Positions 1-13,103 of a DNA stretch of 64,000 nt are shown one piece after another. The stretch is from Octopus sinensis (lineage: Eukaryota). The notes below the pieces were generated by a model. It ran no database searches, was not told the DNA's origin, and saw only the letters and a list, made by a program, of their open reading frames with translations. The DNA lies in contig NC_042999.1 in assembly GCF_006345805.1 (NCBI RefSeq), positions 79,174,001 through 79,238,000 on the forward strand. The letters are read 5' to 3'. The translations under genes were made by a program, and so were the position numbers. Within the stretch, counting starts at the first letter, position 1, and each line of letters opens with the position of its first letter.

Positions 1-450
1 TGTGTCTAGGAGAGCAAGCTATTATGTATAGAAAACTATACTGAACTCATACTGAACTGAAAGAAACTTTGATAGAATATCTCAGACATGCGAATCCAAA
101 GACACACCTTACGACGTTAGAGCGGTATTTTTAGAGCGTTACAGTATTTTTTCTGATTATCTGCGCTCAGTCTTACTATGAAACTTGGCTACACTATAAT
201 ATAAGAGAGCTGTGAGAGGCCATTGTTTCTGCATGACGTTCTTTCAATCCCATCTTAGGTCCATATGCCGTAAAAAATTGATTTTCTATATATACTATGG
301 GGCGTTAAGATATACTTGAAAAAACCTGACCGCGAGGTCTCTGTCAGCCCAAATAAGTTAACTGATGATGTAAATTTATTATTCTACAGTTCTCTAGGTT
401 ATGCTGTATATGTTTTTATAGCTTTGTTACTAATGATATATCTGATTTAA

Positions 451-819
451 GGAAATCTGAGGGGAGTAGGCTAATTGATACTACCGACACTGGTACTTTA
501 TTTTATCAGCCCCGAAAGGATGAAAGGCAGGGTTGATCTCTGCGAAATTTGAAATCAGAATGTAAATAAACGGATCAAACAACGCATATGTTTTCCTGTA
601 ATCTAGCGCTTCTGCCACCTCACCGCCATTTTAATATTGGTTTGAAATTTTGGCATAAGGCCAGCAAGTTCGGTGGGGAGGGTGTAAGTCGATTACATCG
701 ATCCCAGTATTCCTCTGGTACCGATTTTATCAACCCCAGTGCTCAATATGAAAGGCAAATTCTAGCTCGCTGTAAATTGCACTCAGAAAGAAATACTAAC
801 GATGCTACCAGCACGCCGC
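451..819 (-). mobile_element. Two head-to-tail copies of the abundant SINE family B (451-627, 636-819)
   Basis: The plus strand shows gtcgattacatcga.cccagt...ctggtac...gaaaggatgaaaggca...gaactcagaa...gccgc. The pol III B-box-like GAGTTCAAAT lies on the minus strand. Confidence 0.75.
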
Positions 820-993
820 ATTTTTTATATTAATAATTAAACGTAATGTGTGTGTATATGTGTGTGTATGTGCGCGCGCGTGTGCATGCATGTATGTATG
901 CATGTATGTATACATGTATACATATGTGTGTCTGTGTTTCAGAAAAATTTCATTTTTTTTTCTTATCCCACCCCAGGAAATATAATTACTCAC

Positions 994-1227
994 TCCTACT
1001 TGTAATTTTAATGTGAGCACTCGGCATTCCGGCGTGAACCAGTAGTCGTTCCTCTTCTGACATTGCAAGACGTTTCCTTGGAGGGCTTTCTTCGACAGCA
1101 GCTCGTGAAGCAGCTTCCATTTTTCGGGTCGCTTCTTCCATCGCTCTAGATGCAGCTTCCATTGCCAGCGCATCTCTTTCTGATAGACTACGTGACTGCA
1201 GCGGTGTTGATGGCATACTGTCATCAT
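994..1227 (-). CDS. ARID3: ARID3/dead ringer exon: (D)DDSMPSTPLQ...MEAASRAMEEATRKMEAASRA...PPRKRLAMSEEERLLVHAGMPSAHIKITSR, probable start of the REKLES region
   Basis: The acceptor is attattttcacag|AT GAT, which completes G|AT = Asp with the 16544 exon. The donor is AGG A|gtgagt. It is a 234-nt phase 1-1 exon. The repeated peptide MEAASRA is encoded with synonymous differences (GCA TCT AGA GCG vs GCT TCA CGA GCT), consistent with coding constraint. The REKLES assignment is from family recall. Confidence 0.9.
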
Positions 1228-1239
1228 CTGTGAAAATAA

Positions 1240-1515
1240 TGGTAGTGATAACAATAGTAGTAGTAGTAGTGGTGGTGGTAATAGTAGTAGTAGCATTAGT
1301 AGTAAAGATAACATCAAGAACAACAATAACAACAACGACGATGATGACGACAACGACAACAACAACAACAAATAATAATAATAATAATAATAATAGAAGT
1401 AGTAGTGGTGGTGGCGGTGGTAATAGTAGTAGTAGCAGTAGTAGTAAAGATAACATCAAGGACAACAATAACAACAACGACGATGATGACGACAACGACA
1501 ACAACAACAGCAACA

Positions 1516-1566
<51 letters not shown>

Positions 1567-1582
1567 TATAATTATAATAATA
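1240..1582. repeat. Compound triplet microsatellite duplicated with ~142-bp period
   Basis: The unit (gta)n(gtg)n..gtaaagataacatcaag..(aca)(gac/gat)..(aat)n occurs twice, with anchors at 1302 and 1444. Confidence 0.85.
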
Positions 1583-3740
1583 CTTTCATACAAAAACAAT
1601 GAACGGGTGACATTTCATTGAACAGTATAATCAACAGTCTCCAGTCCGTAGTTGGGCAAATGAAACGTACAAATAGCTTGGGAATGGGTGCCCCGTTCCA
1701 GCGGTTTTCCATCAAGGACCCAAAGTATAAACGTTAGGGAGAAAGAGAAAGAAAGAAAGCGAGAGAGCGAGAGAGAGATATAAATGAAACAAAAATGTTT
1801 CTCAATGCGGAGAACAACATCTTGAGTCAGTAGATTAACCCACAGATCCAGTCACCTGTATTACTAGGGGCGAGTATTATGCTCATTCATGTGAGTCACT
1901 CGCGTCACTCTCAACGTATTTCAGTAAAAATACTGAAGAATAGAACCACTCTCTTCATTCTTACCATTCTCCCCAAGATTTATTTAAAAGAAAAATGATG
2001 AAGAATTGGTGACAGTAGTCGTTCCTCTTCTGACATTGGTTCATTTCAAAGCTGTCCATCACACTACTTCTTTCAGTATAGCGATGAGATAGATGATAAT
2101 TGTTTGCTTTCTCGGCTGTGATGAATCAGTGATAGAATAAGCTAATAACCATATCCGTCCTTCATGCGATAAGAGCTATTTGATGCAAACTTACAGGTTA
2201 TAAGTACTTGGATACAGCACAGAACATGTGCATATAGATATTATAAACGTAGAGAGAGAGGGGCATAAATGTGATACATAAAAGTTTGATGCACAGAACA
2301 TAAGTACCCACAAACAAACGGCAAAGAAGACGTCACTTAAGTAGGATCAAGGCACCTCCTGACTCTGTGCTGGGAAAGGAGTCATCTACGTTCTCCTTGG
2401 TTCCCCTAGCTCGTCTACCCCTCATGATAATTGTTCTGAGAATGAAGCGACATCATTTGTCTCTGCTTCCGCTTTAACTATTTTCGGAGCTTCGGCTGGT
2501 GCAGCAGCAGCAGCAGCAGCCATGGTCACTTGCTACTGTCTTTTGTTATCCCCTTCACTTTTTTTGCATTTCTCTTCTTGAACAAGTAGATACTGATTCT
2601 TCCTGAGAATTCCTGAGTATAGTGTCGGTAGAATATTCGCTAACTTCGTTAATTGAACGAATAGGCTGATCGTTAATGGAACAAATTGAAACTCCTCGTC
2701 CAAAGTAACAGAAACCATTTGTATACAATTTCACATACACACATAGACACATATATGCACATACATATTTTGATATCATAAGAAATTACCATAGTCAGTC
2801 ATAACTTTCGCTCTGACGTCACATCCATACAAAAGCCCAAATGACTTAGCACGTCGACTCTTATGATATTAGAAAATATGTTTATTTGAATTTTCATTTC
2901 GTATCGAGTTCTATCTATGTCATTCACATAATGTTGTCATCAACGTAAGATTATATATTTGGCATACAGCCTTATTTTAAACACATACATTACAAAATGT
3001 GTGTCTGCATATGTATGCTTAGAGAGCGGGGAAAGATAAGACAAAAGAGAAAGAGAAAATGTGATAGTCAGCGAAAGCTAAAATAAAAGGAAAATGGGTT
3101 TAAAATGTAAAGAAAAACATATTAAATAAAATGGGAGCATTTATACCGCCTTGAATTTGATGAAATCAAGGTCCGATCGATACGTTGTCAACATAAAAGT
3201 TTGCAAAAATGCTAAGATCTAGGATTTCGTCACCCACCTTGATACTTTAAAATCATGGAATTCAAAATGTTTGCTGAAGTGACAGAGAGCATTCCAAAAG
3301 ACAAAAGAACAAACAAGTAAACGAAATTAGTATGTGAAGTAATGGGAAAAATCGATAGTCAGAGATAGATTGCCTTGTTGGTAGGAGACTCACTATTTAA
3401 AAAAGGATCTATAGTTCGAACCCTTTCACCTCGTCTGCACTAGATAGTTGTATATCACCTGTAACCAGAAACGCCCAGTATATCTGTCAATACACATGTT
3501 ATTTTTACGATGTATCACGCCCGGCCTAGCAGTAACTAGTTATTTGTGGACTTCCTTCATCAAAGTGCTAATCCTCTAGAATTAGCTTTCCTTCCCAACC
3601 AAAGGTTTTCCTTTAGACATTGACTTACAAAGAATTAAACATAACATCAATTGTATCTATCCATTCAGCCCTCACAGATCTGTAAATGTTACAGGTGGAG
3701 CTAATTCTAATTGCCAAAACCATCTTTATACTGAGTTTAT

Positions 3741-3862
3741 GGTTGAGCGGCAAAATCCTTAGAGCTTGCGGTATTTGCTCCAGATCTCTGCGTTCTGATT
3801 TCAAATCCTTCTGAGATCAACTTTGCCTTTCATCCTTTCGGATGTCAATAAAATAAAATACG
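3741..3862 (+). mobile_element. SINE family B, opposite orientation
   Basis: gcggtatttg...gttctgatttcaaatcc...actttgcctttcatcctttcgg. Confidence 0.75.
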
Positions 3863-4853
3863 AATCTGTGACGGTAGACTGGTGGAATTGTCCGAGCATT
3901 TCTCGGGGTATCTTGTGGTATATTTTCAGACTTTGTTTTGATCTGAATTCTTGTGAGGTAGATAAAATCCGACATATACCAGCAAGCATTCGTGTCAAGT
4001 CTTCAGACTATTGATAATCTTCATGTAAGCACTAAAAAGGATTAAGGTTATGGGCACTGATCTTCCTTTTTAACTAAACAGTAAAAAAAAAAAATGGTGA
4101 GCACTTTTAGTTCTCTCACATCTCGATTTCCACAGTTCTACGTTGGTGTTGTTACTGTGGAACAATATTTACTCTGGTGTGCTTATTTTCTTGATAACAT
4201 TTATGGATTCTATTTTACGTTTAGCAATAATCATAAAAAGCGTTATGGAAAAGTACTCTCACAAACTTTTCCACATGTAATCAGTCAGCAGCCATAACGC
4301 CCAAAATGTGTTTTACCTCTTCTGACAGACATGATAATAAAAACGGATCCTGTTTGCATGATTTGAAGAAAAATAGTTGTGATGGTATTTTAAAAGTCAA
4401 GAAGATATGTATGTGCCAAGCAATTTATAGCAAAAATTAGACAGTGAAAAGATTATGTGATTTTCTCAAGGTTGAATGACATAGAGACGTGGTTTGGTTT
4501 CATCTAGGAATTGGTCCTGAAATTTTGCTCTCCCTAGAAAGGTTATTGATATTTTACATTAAAGTAAGGCACAAAAGCTCTATATTGTAAGTGATGGGAC
4601 AGATTATTAGGTATTGGGTATGATTTTCAGGCTTCGCTTGAGAGTATGGAGAGTAGAAGTGAAATGAAATGACATCGATGAAGTAATTTTGTAGCATTCT
4701 ACTTGTCTTTTTGTACCCTTAAAATTAGAACAAGTTCTGTTAAGGACGTGAAGGATGTACCAGATATTTAATGGAGCCCAGAACCTTGATTCGTGTATGT
4801 TAGCAAATTACAATACTACACGTATAGAAGACTTAAGACAAGGAAATGTAGCA

Positions 4854-4915
<62 letters not shown>

Positions 4916-5670
4916 GGGGAGAGAGAGGGGGGGGGAGAATAAAATAAAACAAACATTTTCTGAATCAATCAACAGCAAAATCTATCCTTGGTGAGACTTG
5001 AATTCAGAACGAGTGGAAATACAAGACACTTGTTCCTGGGAGTTAGCGATTCTTTCATCCCCTACCTTATCCAAATAAAGTTATTCTTCATTCCTTAAAT
5101 GAACACATTTCGTACAAATATGTCATGGAGAAATAAAGCCAACTCAATCGGTCAGAGCCTATCAATTGTGTTTTATTTCAACATTTTCAAGAAATTCGAA
5201 GATAATGAATGTCAATATTATCATTATGTGAATCAGCATCATAACTATTAACATGTACATTCACTTTCTTACTAGAAACCTTTATTGTTATCTTAGACGG
5301 CAGAATCGACAGAACTCCAGACAAAACCCCTGGGTCTATTTCCTAATGTCAATTTTACATTCAAAATTGGAATCTTGCTACGAGACGTTATATACCATTC
5401 ATCTCCTCAGATTCATCTTTAAATTTCATTAAAGTACCAGTGATATCCCAGGAGATAATTTCTATTCACCGAATCGATATATTTCGTTGATCTGAGCCAA
5501 TTTTAAACATATTTTCAGGCAAATATTTAATGGAGCGCTTTACGACACAATGAAGACATCTTACACAAAAATGAAAGGAAGAGAGTTGGATTGCTGTAAG
5601 TTCATCGTGGCTTTATGGTTTCTCAAATGCACTGGAGATAGTATAGCAGGTTGAATAGCTCATAAACGTC

Positions 5671-5966
5671 GCCCTTTTCAAGCCTAATGGGCTCGGTTTC
5701 CCGGTTTCTGTTGCGTATGTGTTCCCCCCAGCTGGACGGGACGCCAGTCTATCGCAGCGTTACTCAAGAAACAGGAAGAGAAAGTGAGAGAAAGTTGTGG
5801 CGAAAGAGTACAACAGGGGTCGCCACCCCTGCCTGACCCCCCCCCCCGTGGAGCTTTTAGGCTTTTTCGCTCAATAAACATACACACCGCCCGATCTGGG
5901 AATCGAAACCGCGATCCTCCGACCGCGAGTCCGTTGCCCTAACTACTGGGCCATTGCACCTCCACG
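5671..5966 (-). mobile_element. tRNA-derived SINE, head A + tail X
   Basis: Minus-strand head ggaggtgcaatggcccagtagttag...ggtttcgattccc has pol III A/B-box-like motifs. The tail gcgatagactggcgtcccgtccagctgg...gaaaccggg is shared with 18845-18945. Confidence 0.8.
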
Positions 5967-6431
5967 AATAGATCATAAGACCTACGTAAATTTACTTTTC
6001 TTTGTTATTTTCCATGTGAGTCTAAATCATAAAAAATCTAAATGAGTAACAAAATCTTCTTTTGTCCAAAGCCTTTTGTCCCTTAGGTATCGGTGGAATA
6101 ACTGCAGTAAAATTCTTGTGATTCACTCCCAGATTTAGTTCGCCATACCTATACAAATAAAAATTTACCGCCTCTAACCAAATCACCAGAATAACCTATT
6201 TTCTCGTAGTCATAAAATGAAAACGAAGGATGTCAAAGGATAAGCGCTCTCCTTGCAATTTATGTTAGATATTTTCTGTAAATTGCATTAAGGCTATGTC
6301 CTGTTTTCTTTTTTTTTTAAATGCTTCATATGCTACAAATATTAAGGATCATAGATGCTGAAATTCGTAGATGTTAGTGTGAGTAATCTGAGCAAATTTA
6401 GAAATATTTCATATAGACTCAGAAAAATAAT

Positions 6432-7184
<753 letters not shown>

Positions 7185-7197
7185 AATAATAATAATA

Positions 7198-7234
<37 letters not shown>

Positions 7235-7255
7235 TTAATAATAATAATAATAATA

Positions 7256-7288
<33 letters not shown>

Positions 7289-7983
7289 TAACTAAAGTGA
7301 CAAGTATAAACCAAGATTTTGACACTTTTTGAACAAGTGAGAAAAGTTGTTGGAGAATTCAGCATTGCGCTGTGGTTTTACTTGTGATTTTTTATAATAT
7401 TTTTTTTCGCTATTTAATTTGTATTACTAGAGTTTTGATAGCTGTGAATGGATAAAAGTTATCTTATACTATTTAAACTATGGTCGAGTAAATATGATAG
7501 ATGACGAAACAAGCATGCATCAAAGATAGCAATTTTAACAATAACAGTAACAGCAACATTCACAGAGGCAATAATATCATAAACATCAGCAAAACATAAC
7601 AATCACTCCCATTAAACGAATGACAATAACAAATGTAGAGACGACAATTTGAAAAGGAAATGAGAGGGTTATAAAAGAGAAAGAGTGTAAGAGAGAGACG
7701 GAGAGAAGAAGAGAGAGAGAGCGACTGAGGAAGAAAAAGAGAGAATGAAAGGTATGTTTTACGAATTATTATAGGTAAAGATAATTTCCTTTGATTCTTA
7801 AATTGTCTTAGGAATTATAAACATAAAAATGTATGTATAAGCATGTTTTCATATACATGCTATTAAGTATATTTATGTATTTAAATGAATATATATATAT
7901 ATTTCAATATACGTACACATATATATATATACATGCATACATACATATATATATATATATATATAATATATATATATATATAT

Positions 7984-8111
7984 CTGTTGAAGAGCGTAGG
8001 CTCGAAACGTAAAAGACTTGTTTTATTTATATTCCTGAGCGCCATACTAATACAATTGTTTGTTTGTATTCCACCTGCTTCGTCTTTTGTTTATTTTCAT
8101 AAAGCTTCCCG

Positions 8112-8112
<1 letters not shown>
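7984..8112 (+). mobile_element. Penelope-like terminal fragment with core-mutated hammerhead, embedded in (TA)n
   Basis: CUGUUGA (A6U) | A | GAGC GUAG GCUC | GAAA CGU | A | AAAGAC. Its reverse complement aligns by eye with 53460-53556 (gtggaa...cgctcag...acgtttcgagc...gctcttc). It is flanked by TA runs on both sides. Confidence 0.6.
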
Positions 8113-8209
<97 letters not shown>

Positions 8210-9122
8210 ATATACATATATATATGTACATATAATATAATAGTGTATAAGAGTTTACACACGGAGAGGAGACCACCATGTGGATTCCTTACAAGCTAGA
8301 AAAGCAGCCAAAACCCAAACCACGAAAGCGATATTCTTACATTGCCTGTTGCTCGTAGGACACTTGAAGGAATACAAATCTCAGTTAACCCTATACACTG
8401 TTAGGTTATACACTATTATATGATAAGAATATTTATGTCATGTGACTTTTATTATGCATGCTAGCCACTGGTATTAATTATTAATTCGATAATTTTTAGC
8501 CCGTATTTATATAGTTAAATATATGTGTCTGTTTATATATGTATGTACGCATACACACAGATACACTTGTGTATGAAGGAATTCATGTATGTGTATGTGA
8601 ATGCGTGACCATGAGTGGAATATTATATTAGAAAAGCTATGAAAATAACTGTTAGGTATGGCATCTAAAAAAAACTATACGTTAACCGAGCAATAGGTAA
8701 TACGTTAACCGAGCCATAGGTATAATTAAAAATAAAAAGATTTGTGAGCTAGATGAAACAGCTGTCATTAGTAGTGGAAGATACAGCTCATCTATGGGCA
8801 TATAGTTGTCCATGAGCATGTGGTTGGCGTATTAATGGATTTGATAGTTACTATTTTAATAGTGTATGAATATCACAGTATTCTTTTTATATACTTTGGA
8901 TGTCTAAAAGTATACTAGCTCCTACTGATATTAGGTGTTCCCTAAAAGGGTGGTTATTCTGATTGTGCTAGTGAGTGGATTACAATAAATTACCTAAGAA
9001 CACTAATTTTACGTAAATTAAGCATGTAAATTAATTTTGAGAAACTAATTCGCAATTTTTGAAATTATTACCTTTAAAAATTGCTAACCATTGCTACTGC
9101 TCAACTAACAGCAAGTTAGAAT

Positions 9123-9247
9123 TTAGGTGGGGCCCAGTTAGAATTTTCTTCTGGTCGAGTAGCCCATCCCGCTCAAAAGGTTTCTGAATAAAGATTGTTT
9201 AAGGATGTTGAACGAAACACCCATGTTTCCAAAGGTGAATTATCCAA
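9123..9247 (-). mobile_element. Family D fragment
   Basis: ggtggggcccagttagaat...gagtagcccatcccgctcaaaagg...ttaaggatgttgaa...cccatgtttcca. Confidence 0.7.
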
Positions 9248-10249
9248 GGTTTGTGTTATTTCATCAGTTCTTTATATTTGACTGTTGCACAAATTACTAT
9301 TGCCCGAAATTCTATGTAACTCTATACTCTTACCTGTGTGCAAAAAAAATATATATATAAATTAACTCTTATTGATTGATCAAAGCAAGCTTGAGTATAC
9401 TATGGTATGATGATGAGGTTCAAAAGACTGAAATATGTTTCCTACTGCCCTTTTGTTTGCAAACATAGATTAGATTTCTGCTAAGTATGTTAATTTTCTT
9501 TGAGAGTAATTCTTCTGTTGCGTCATATTGTACATCGGCTTCTAAATTATATTTGTATACTACATCACTTAGCTGTGATTAAACCAAGCATGAATCGATT
9601 TTATTGTTCCATAAATTCGGATTATTAAGAATGATTCGATTGATTACAATGTCACAGCATCTCCCTTGTGAAAGCAAGACTTGAATCTAAGCTGAAGAAG
9701 CCAATTTTATTTCAACTACTGCAGCTACTTCAACACTATTATCGTTTCATTGTTTGTTGTTTAACTTCAAACCTTCACTGATACAGTGACCTATGATCAA
9801 ATGCATTCCAGCCATGACCAGCTCATTTTCGCTTTCCAAGGTACAGTTGTAAACAGTAGCACATCATCCAATACGTCCACCATTCGAAAGAGATTCGGAG
9901 ATTCGGTCTTTAATTCTAACTGATCGAGGAACGATGTAGAAGATTCCTCTTTGAGTTTTTGTTCTTATTTGTGCTGTTACTGTTGTTATTCTGTACGAAA
10001 ACATTATCCTTCTGCTTTTATAACAAGAATTTTTTAACATTTCCCACATTAATATTATCAGTTATAATTATCATCAATACTATTATTATTAAATACACTA
10101 AATGTATATTGGCATACATCTCTCGCTGCTGGTCACCACTTAAAGACATAAGCGAAGAGAAGACACATTTAGCACGTTTGAAAAATAGACGTAATATACA
10201 GTTTAACTAAAGGCAAATATTATGAATATTATTATCATTATCATCATCA

Positions 10250-10284
<35 letters not shown>

Positions 10285-11471
10285 ATTATTATTATTAATA
10301 TTATTATTATTATTACTATTTTTATAATTGACATTTAAAAAATATTTTTACTATTAATCTTGATTCTTGTTATTGTTTGAAAAAGATAGTTCTGAGAGAG
10401 GAGAAAGATGAAGTAGAACTAATGAAATGTTTTAATACCGGAATCCGGCTTGAAGCAAATTCTTCTGCTACCCCACCAGACGTAATCAGCCGGTGTCACC
10501 CCTAGTGAAAAAAATAGAAGCACGGAGGAAAATTGTAAAGTTGTTGGTAATGTTTGTATTTTGGGATACTACATTAAAAACATAGTCGCTATACATTAGT
10601 ACACACAAACATATACAAACATAGACATACACACGCTCACATATATATAAATGTATATAACTAGAAAGACATATATACTAACTAAAATACAAACACATAT
10701 AAGAATAGAGAGATAAAGAAAGAGATACATCGACACAAACATATAAATATATACATATACATCCATATATATACAATCTCTGCCTCTATATCACACAAAT
10801 AAGTATATATATACATGAAGACATACAAGTAAATATACAGAAAATCATGGTTGCATTGTGATTTACTCTATAAATTCTACAGCGGGATTCAATCAAATTG
10901 GAAGAGCCATATCTAGGTCTCTGATATATAAGATTCTAACATACTGAAATAATTGTTGATATCTAACATAGAGACATAACCTCAAATGATTCTGACGATA
11001 TAATCCATTTAATCGACATGGACACATAACAGGTAAAATATTTTATAATGCTTGGTGGGATGAAAGCTCAGGAGGACAATATGTACGGACGTAGTCATCG
11101 ATGTCAAAAACAGCTACTAACATAGTAATACTTTTACGATTGGGCAATCACAACCTTGCCCACAAATGAAAAATACATAGATGAGAAAACACGTAACAAT
11201 GAACACTCATACTAAATAAAAATTAAATAAAATTTCAAACACGAAAAGAAAAAAGTGCCAAAAATCATAGAAAATTTTCAACTGCTCCAACAATAACAGG
11301 GAAAATCGTTACATATAATACAAGAAAGCCTTGAAAATATAGCAAAAACTGCAGTTATTTCTTAATAAAATCCAAACACATGCCAGTATACATATTAATA
11401 TCATTAATATCATTAACACCTAACATATAAACTTACACAAATGTACATACATGCATTCACGCGCATGCACA

Positions 11472-11693
11472 TACGAGGGGGTGCTGAAAGGTTCATGGTT
11501 TTTGGGTAAAAGTCAATGCAGGAGGATCAGTTAATTATGATTTGATTCAACATATCCCTCTCTCAGATTCACTCACTTATTGCAGCAGTCCTTCACTTTT
11601 TCCTAGCCCTGTAAAAGAACTCGGAAGTTTGAGTCTCCAACAACGCCTTTTGCAATACCCTTAAAGCAACGAACTTTTCATCACCCCCTCGTA
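11472..11693 (-). mobile_element. Mariner/Tc1-type MITE, copy 1
   Basis: TA-cgagggggtgctgaaag...aacttttcatcaccccctcg-TA. It has terminal inverted repeats with TA target duplication, and the interior is the reverse complement of copies 2 and 3. Confidence 0.85.
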
Positions 11694-11935
11694 CAGCTAA
11701 TATATGCGGCGGTACACGCATATTGACACATAAAAACATACACACACATTCATATGTAGAGAGAGTAAAGGAGACAGTGAGAGAGAGAGAGAGAAAGAGA
11801 CTTATAAACAGTTTGATAGATATTACACGAGAATTTGTATCAGAATGCTCTTAGATCAAGATTGAAATGTTCACGAATACTTCAGTACATTATGTGTATA
11901 CTTTATCTATTATTTCTATTTGAGCCCAGCGTTTT

Positions 11936-12390
11936 TTTCTTTTTCACACCTCAAAATTAGTGTCGAAGTCTACTTTCTGACGGCCGTTCAATATTGCCCA
12001 CAATTCTTTCTTAATATCATCTAACGTCTGGACGTTCTATTCATTCAGATTCAGTTTTATTTTGGGAAAATGCAGGAATATAATACAGAATAATTATAAA
12101 TGTGTGAAACGGTCACTGTTGTGGTCTTTGTCAGAAGCTCTGATGCATGTATTCAGAATTCTTGGCAGACCTCAGTTAATTCTTGTCAGTCGCTATTGAC
12201 AAATTCAACAATCTACTTATTTTCTTGTATTCTCCTAGTAACTTGTTGGTCTTAAAGTTCATCTTAAATACATGAACAGCCTTCAAGGGTATGTAGCACT
12301 CGCAAACTTACAAACCTGCGCTTTTATGCTAGACGTAAGGGTAAGCGGAATTTTAAGTTACGAAAGGGTTAGGATCGGCTCAATAAATAT
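11936..12390 (-). mobile_element. Inverted upstream portion of the same Hero-like element (CCHC knuckle and linker, frameshifted)
   Basis: The minus strand gives broken peptides CKVC-like...HTLEGCS...DQQVTRRIQE...NE(W)NVQ...SRLR...LRCEK. It ends in tgaggtgtgaaaaagaaa (11936-11953 reverse complement), identical to 12522-12539. Confidence 0.6.
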
Positions 12391-12422
12391 TTTGTACATA
12401 TAACGTACATACATACAAACAG

Positions 12423-12487
<65 letters not shown>

Positions 12488-12509
12488 TATATATATATAT
12501 ATATATATA

Positions 12510-13043
12510 CATATATTTTAATGAGGTGTGAAAAAGAAAGTTGTGAATCTAGTAGAGTTATAGGTTCCTCATAAAGATAATATGGACGCCGCTCGGGATC
12601 GATAGATTGACCGTTATATAAACCCCCTCGAGGAATGTGAAGACGCAAGCTGGAAAGCGGAGCAGTTTCCAATCGAAGTCGGATGTAGAGGGTTTGTTGG
12701 ACACAGTGTGAGTAGACTGTTGTTATCGTTAGGCCTAACTCATTGTAAAGTAAATGCCACCATGACCGATATCGAAACCACAGTAGAAAAGGCTAGCCAC
12801 TGGATTTGGTTAAAAAGAGACGATGAGCGATGGCTAGAATAATATTGAGACTTATTTGATAACCAGTTGATCTAGCAAGCGGGGCCTCATACCAGTGAAG
12901 GGGCCGGTGCGCATTGATGCCGTCCAGAAGTACACCCCGAAACGGCGCGCATTCTCTCCTGATGACCCAATACATCTGCTTGCATCTGGTTTGCGGAGCT
13001 TTCGACTGGTAGCACTTGCATGAGCAAGTTGTTTGTAAAACAG

Positions 13044-13046
<3 letters not shown>
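12510..13046 (+). mobile_element. 3' end of a Hero/NeSL-like (restriction-like endonuclease) non-LTR retrotransposon, copy 1, degenerate
   Basis: The plus frame reads VNLVEL*VPHKDNMDAARDR*IDRYINPLEECEDASWKAEQFPIEVGCRGFVGHSVSRLLLSLGL...TVEKASHWIWLKRDDERWLE*. This is the ELTVP..RK..KY..W..PIEVGCRGF..AEKASxWLW RLE signature, followed by a 3' UTR and (TA)n. Confidence 0.8.
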
Positions 13047-13094
<48 letters not shown>

Positions 13095-13103
13095 ATATAT
13101 ATA

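Noticed and set aside
805-1602. Full-length ORFs 805..1371, 986..1516, 1230..1520 and 1405..1602 as proteins
   Set aside because: Only 994-1227 is supported by splice sites and frame continuity. The rest is intronic microsatellite.
4440-4800. Possible CR1-like LINE C-terminal remnant
   Set aside because: Only vague peptide resemblance across several frameshifts; needs a profile search.
5900-5966. tRNA gene calls at SINE heads (also 23655-23723, 20545-20615, 35145-35215)
   Set aside because: They have A/B-box-like motifs, but no complete cloverleaf was evident and they continue into SINE bodies.
8745-8775. gaaacagctgtc with the ACAGCUGU palindrome
   Set aside because: No upstream core or stem I partner.
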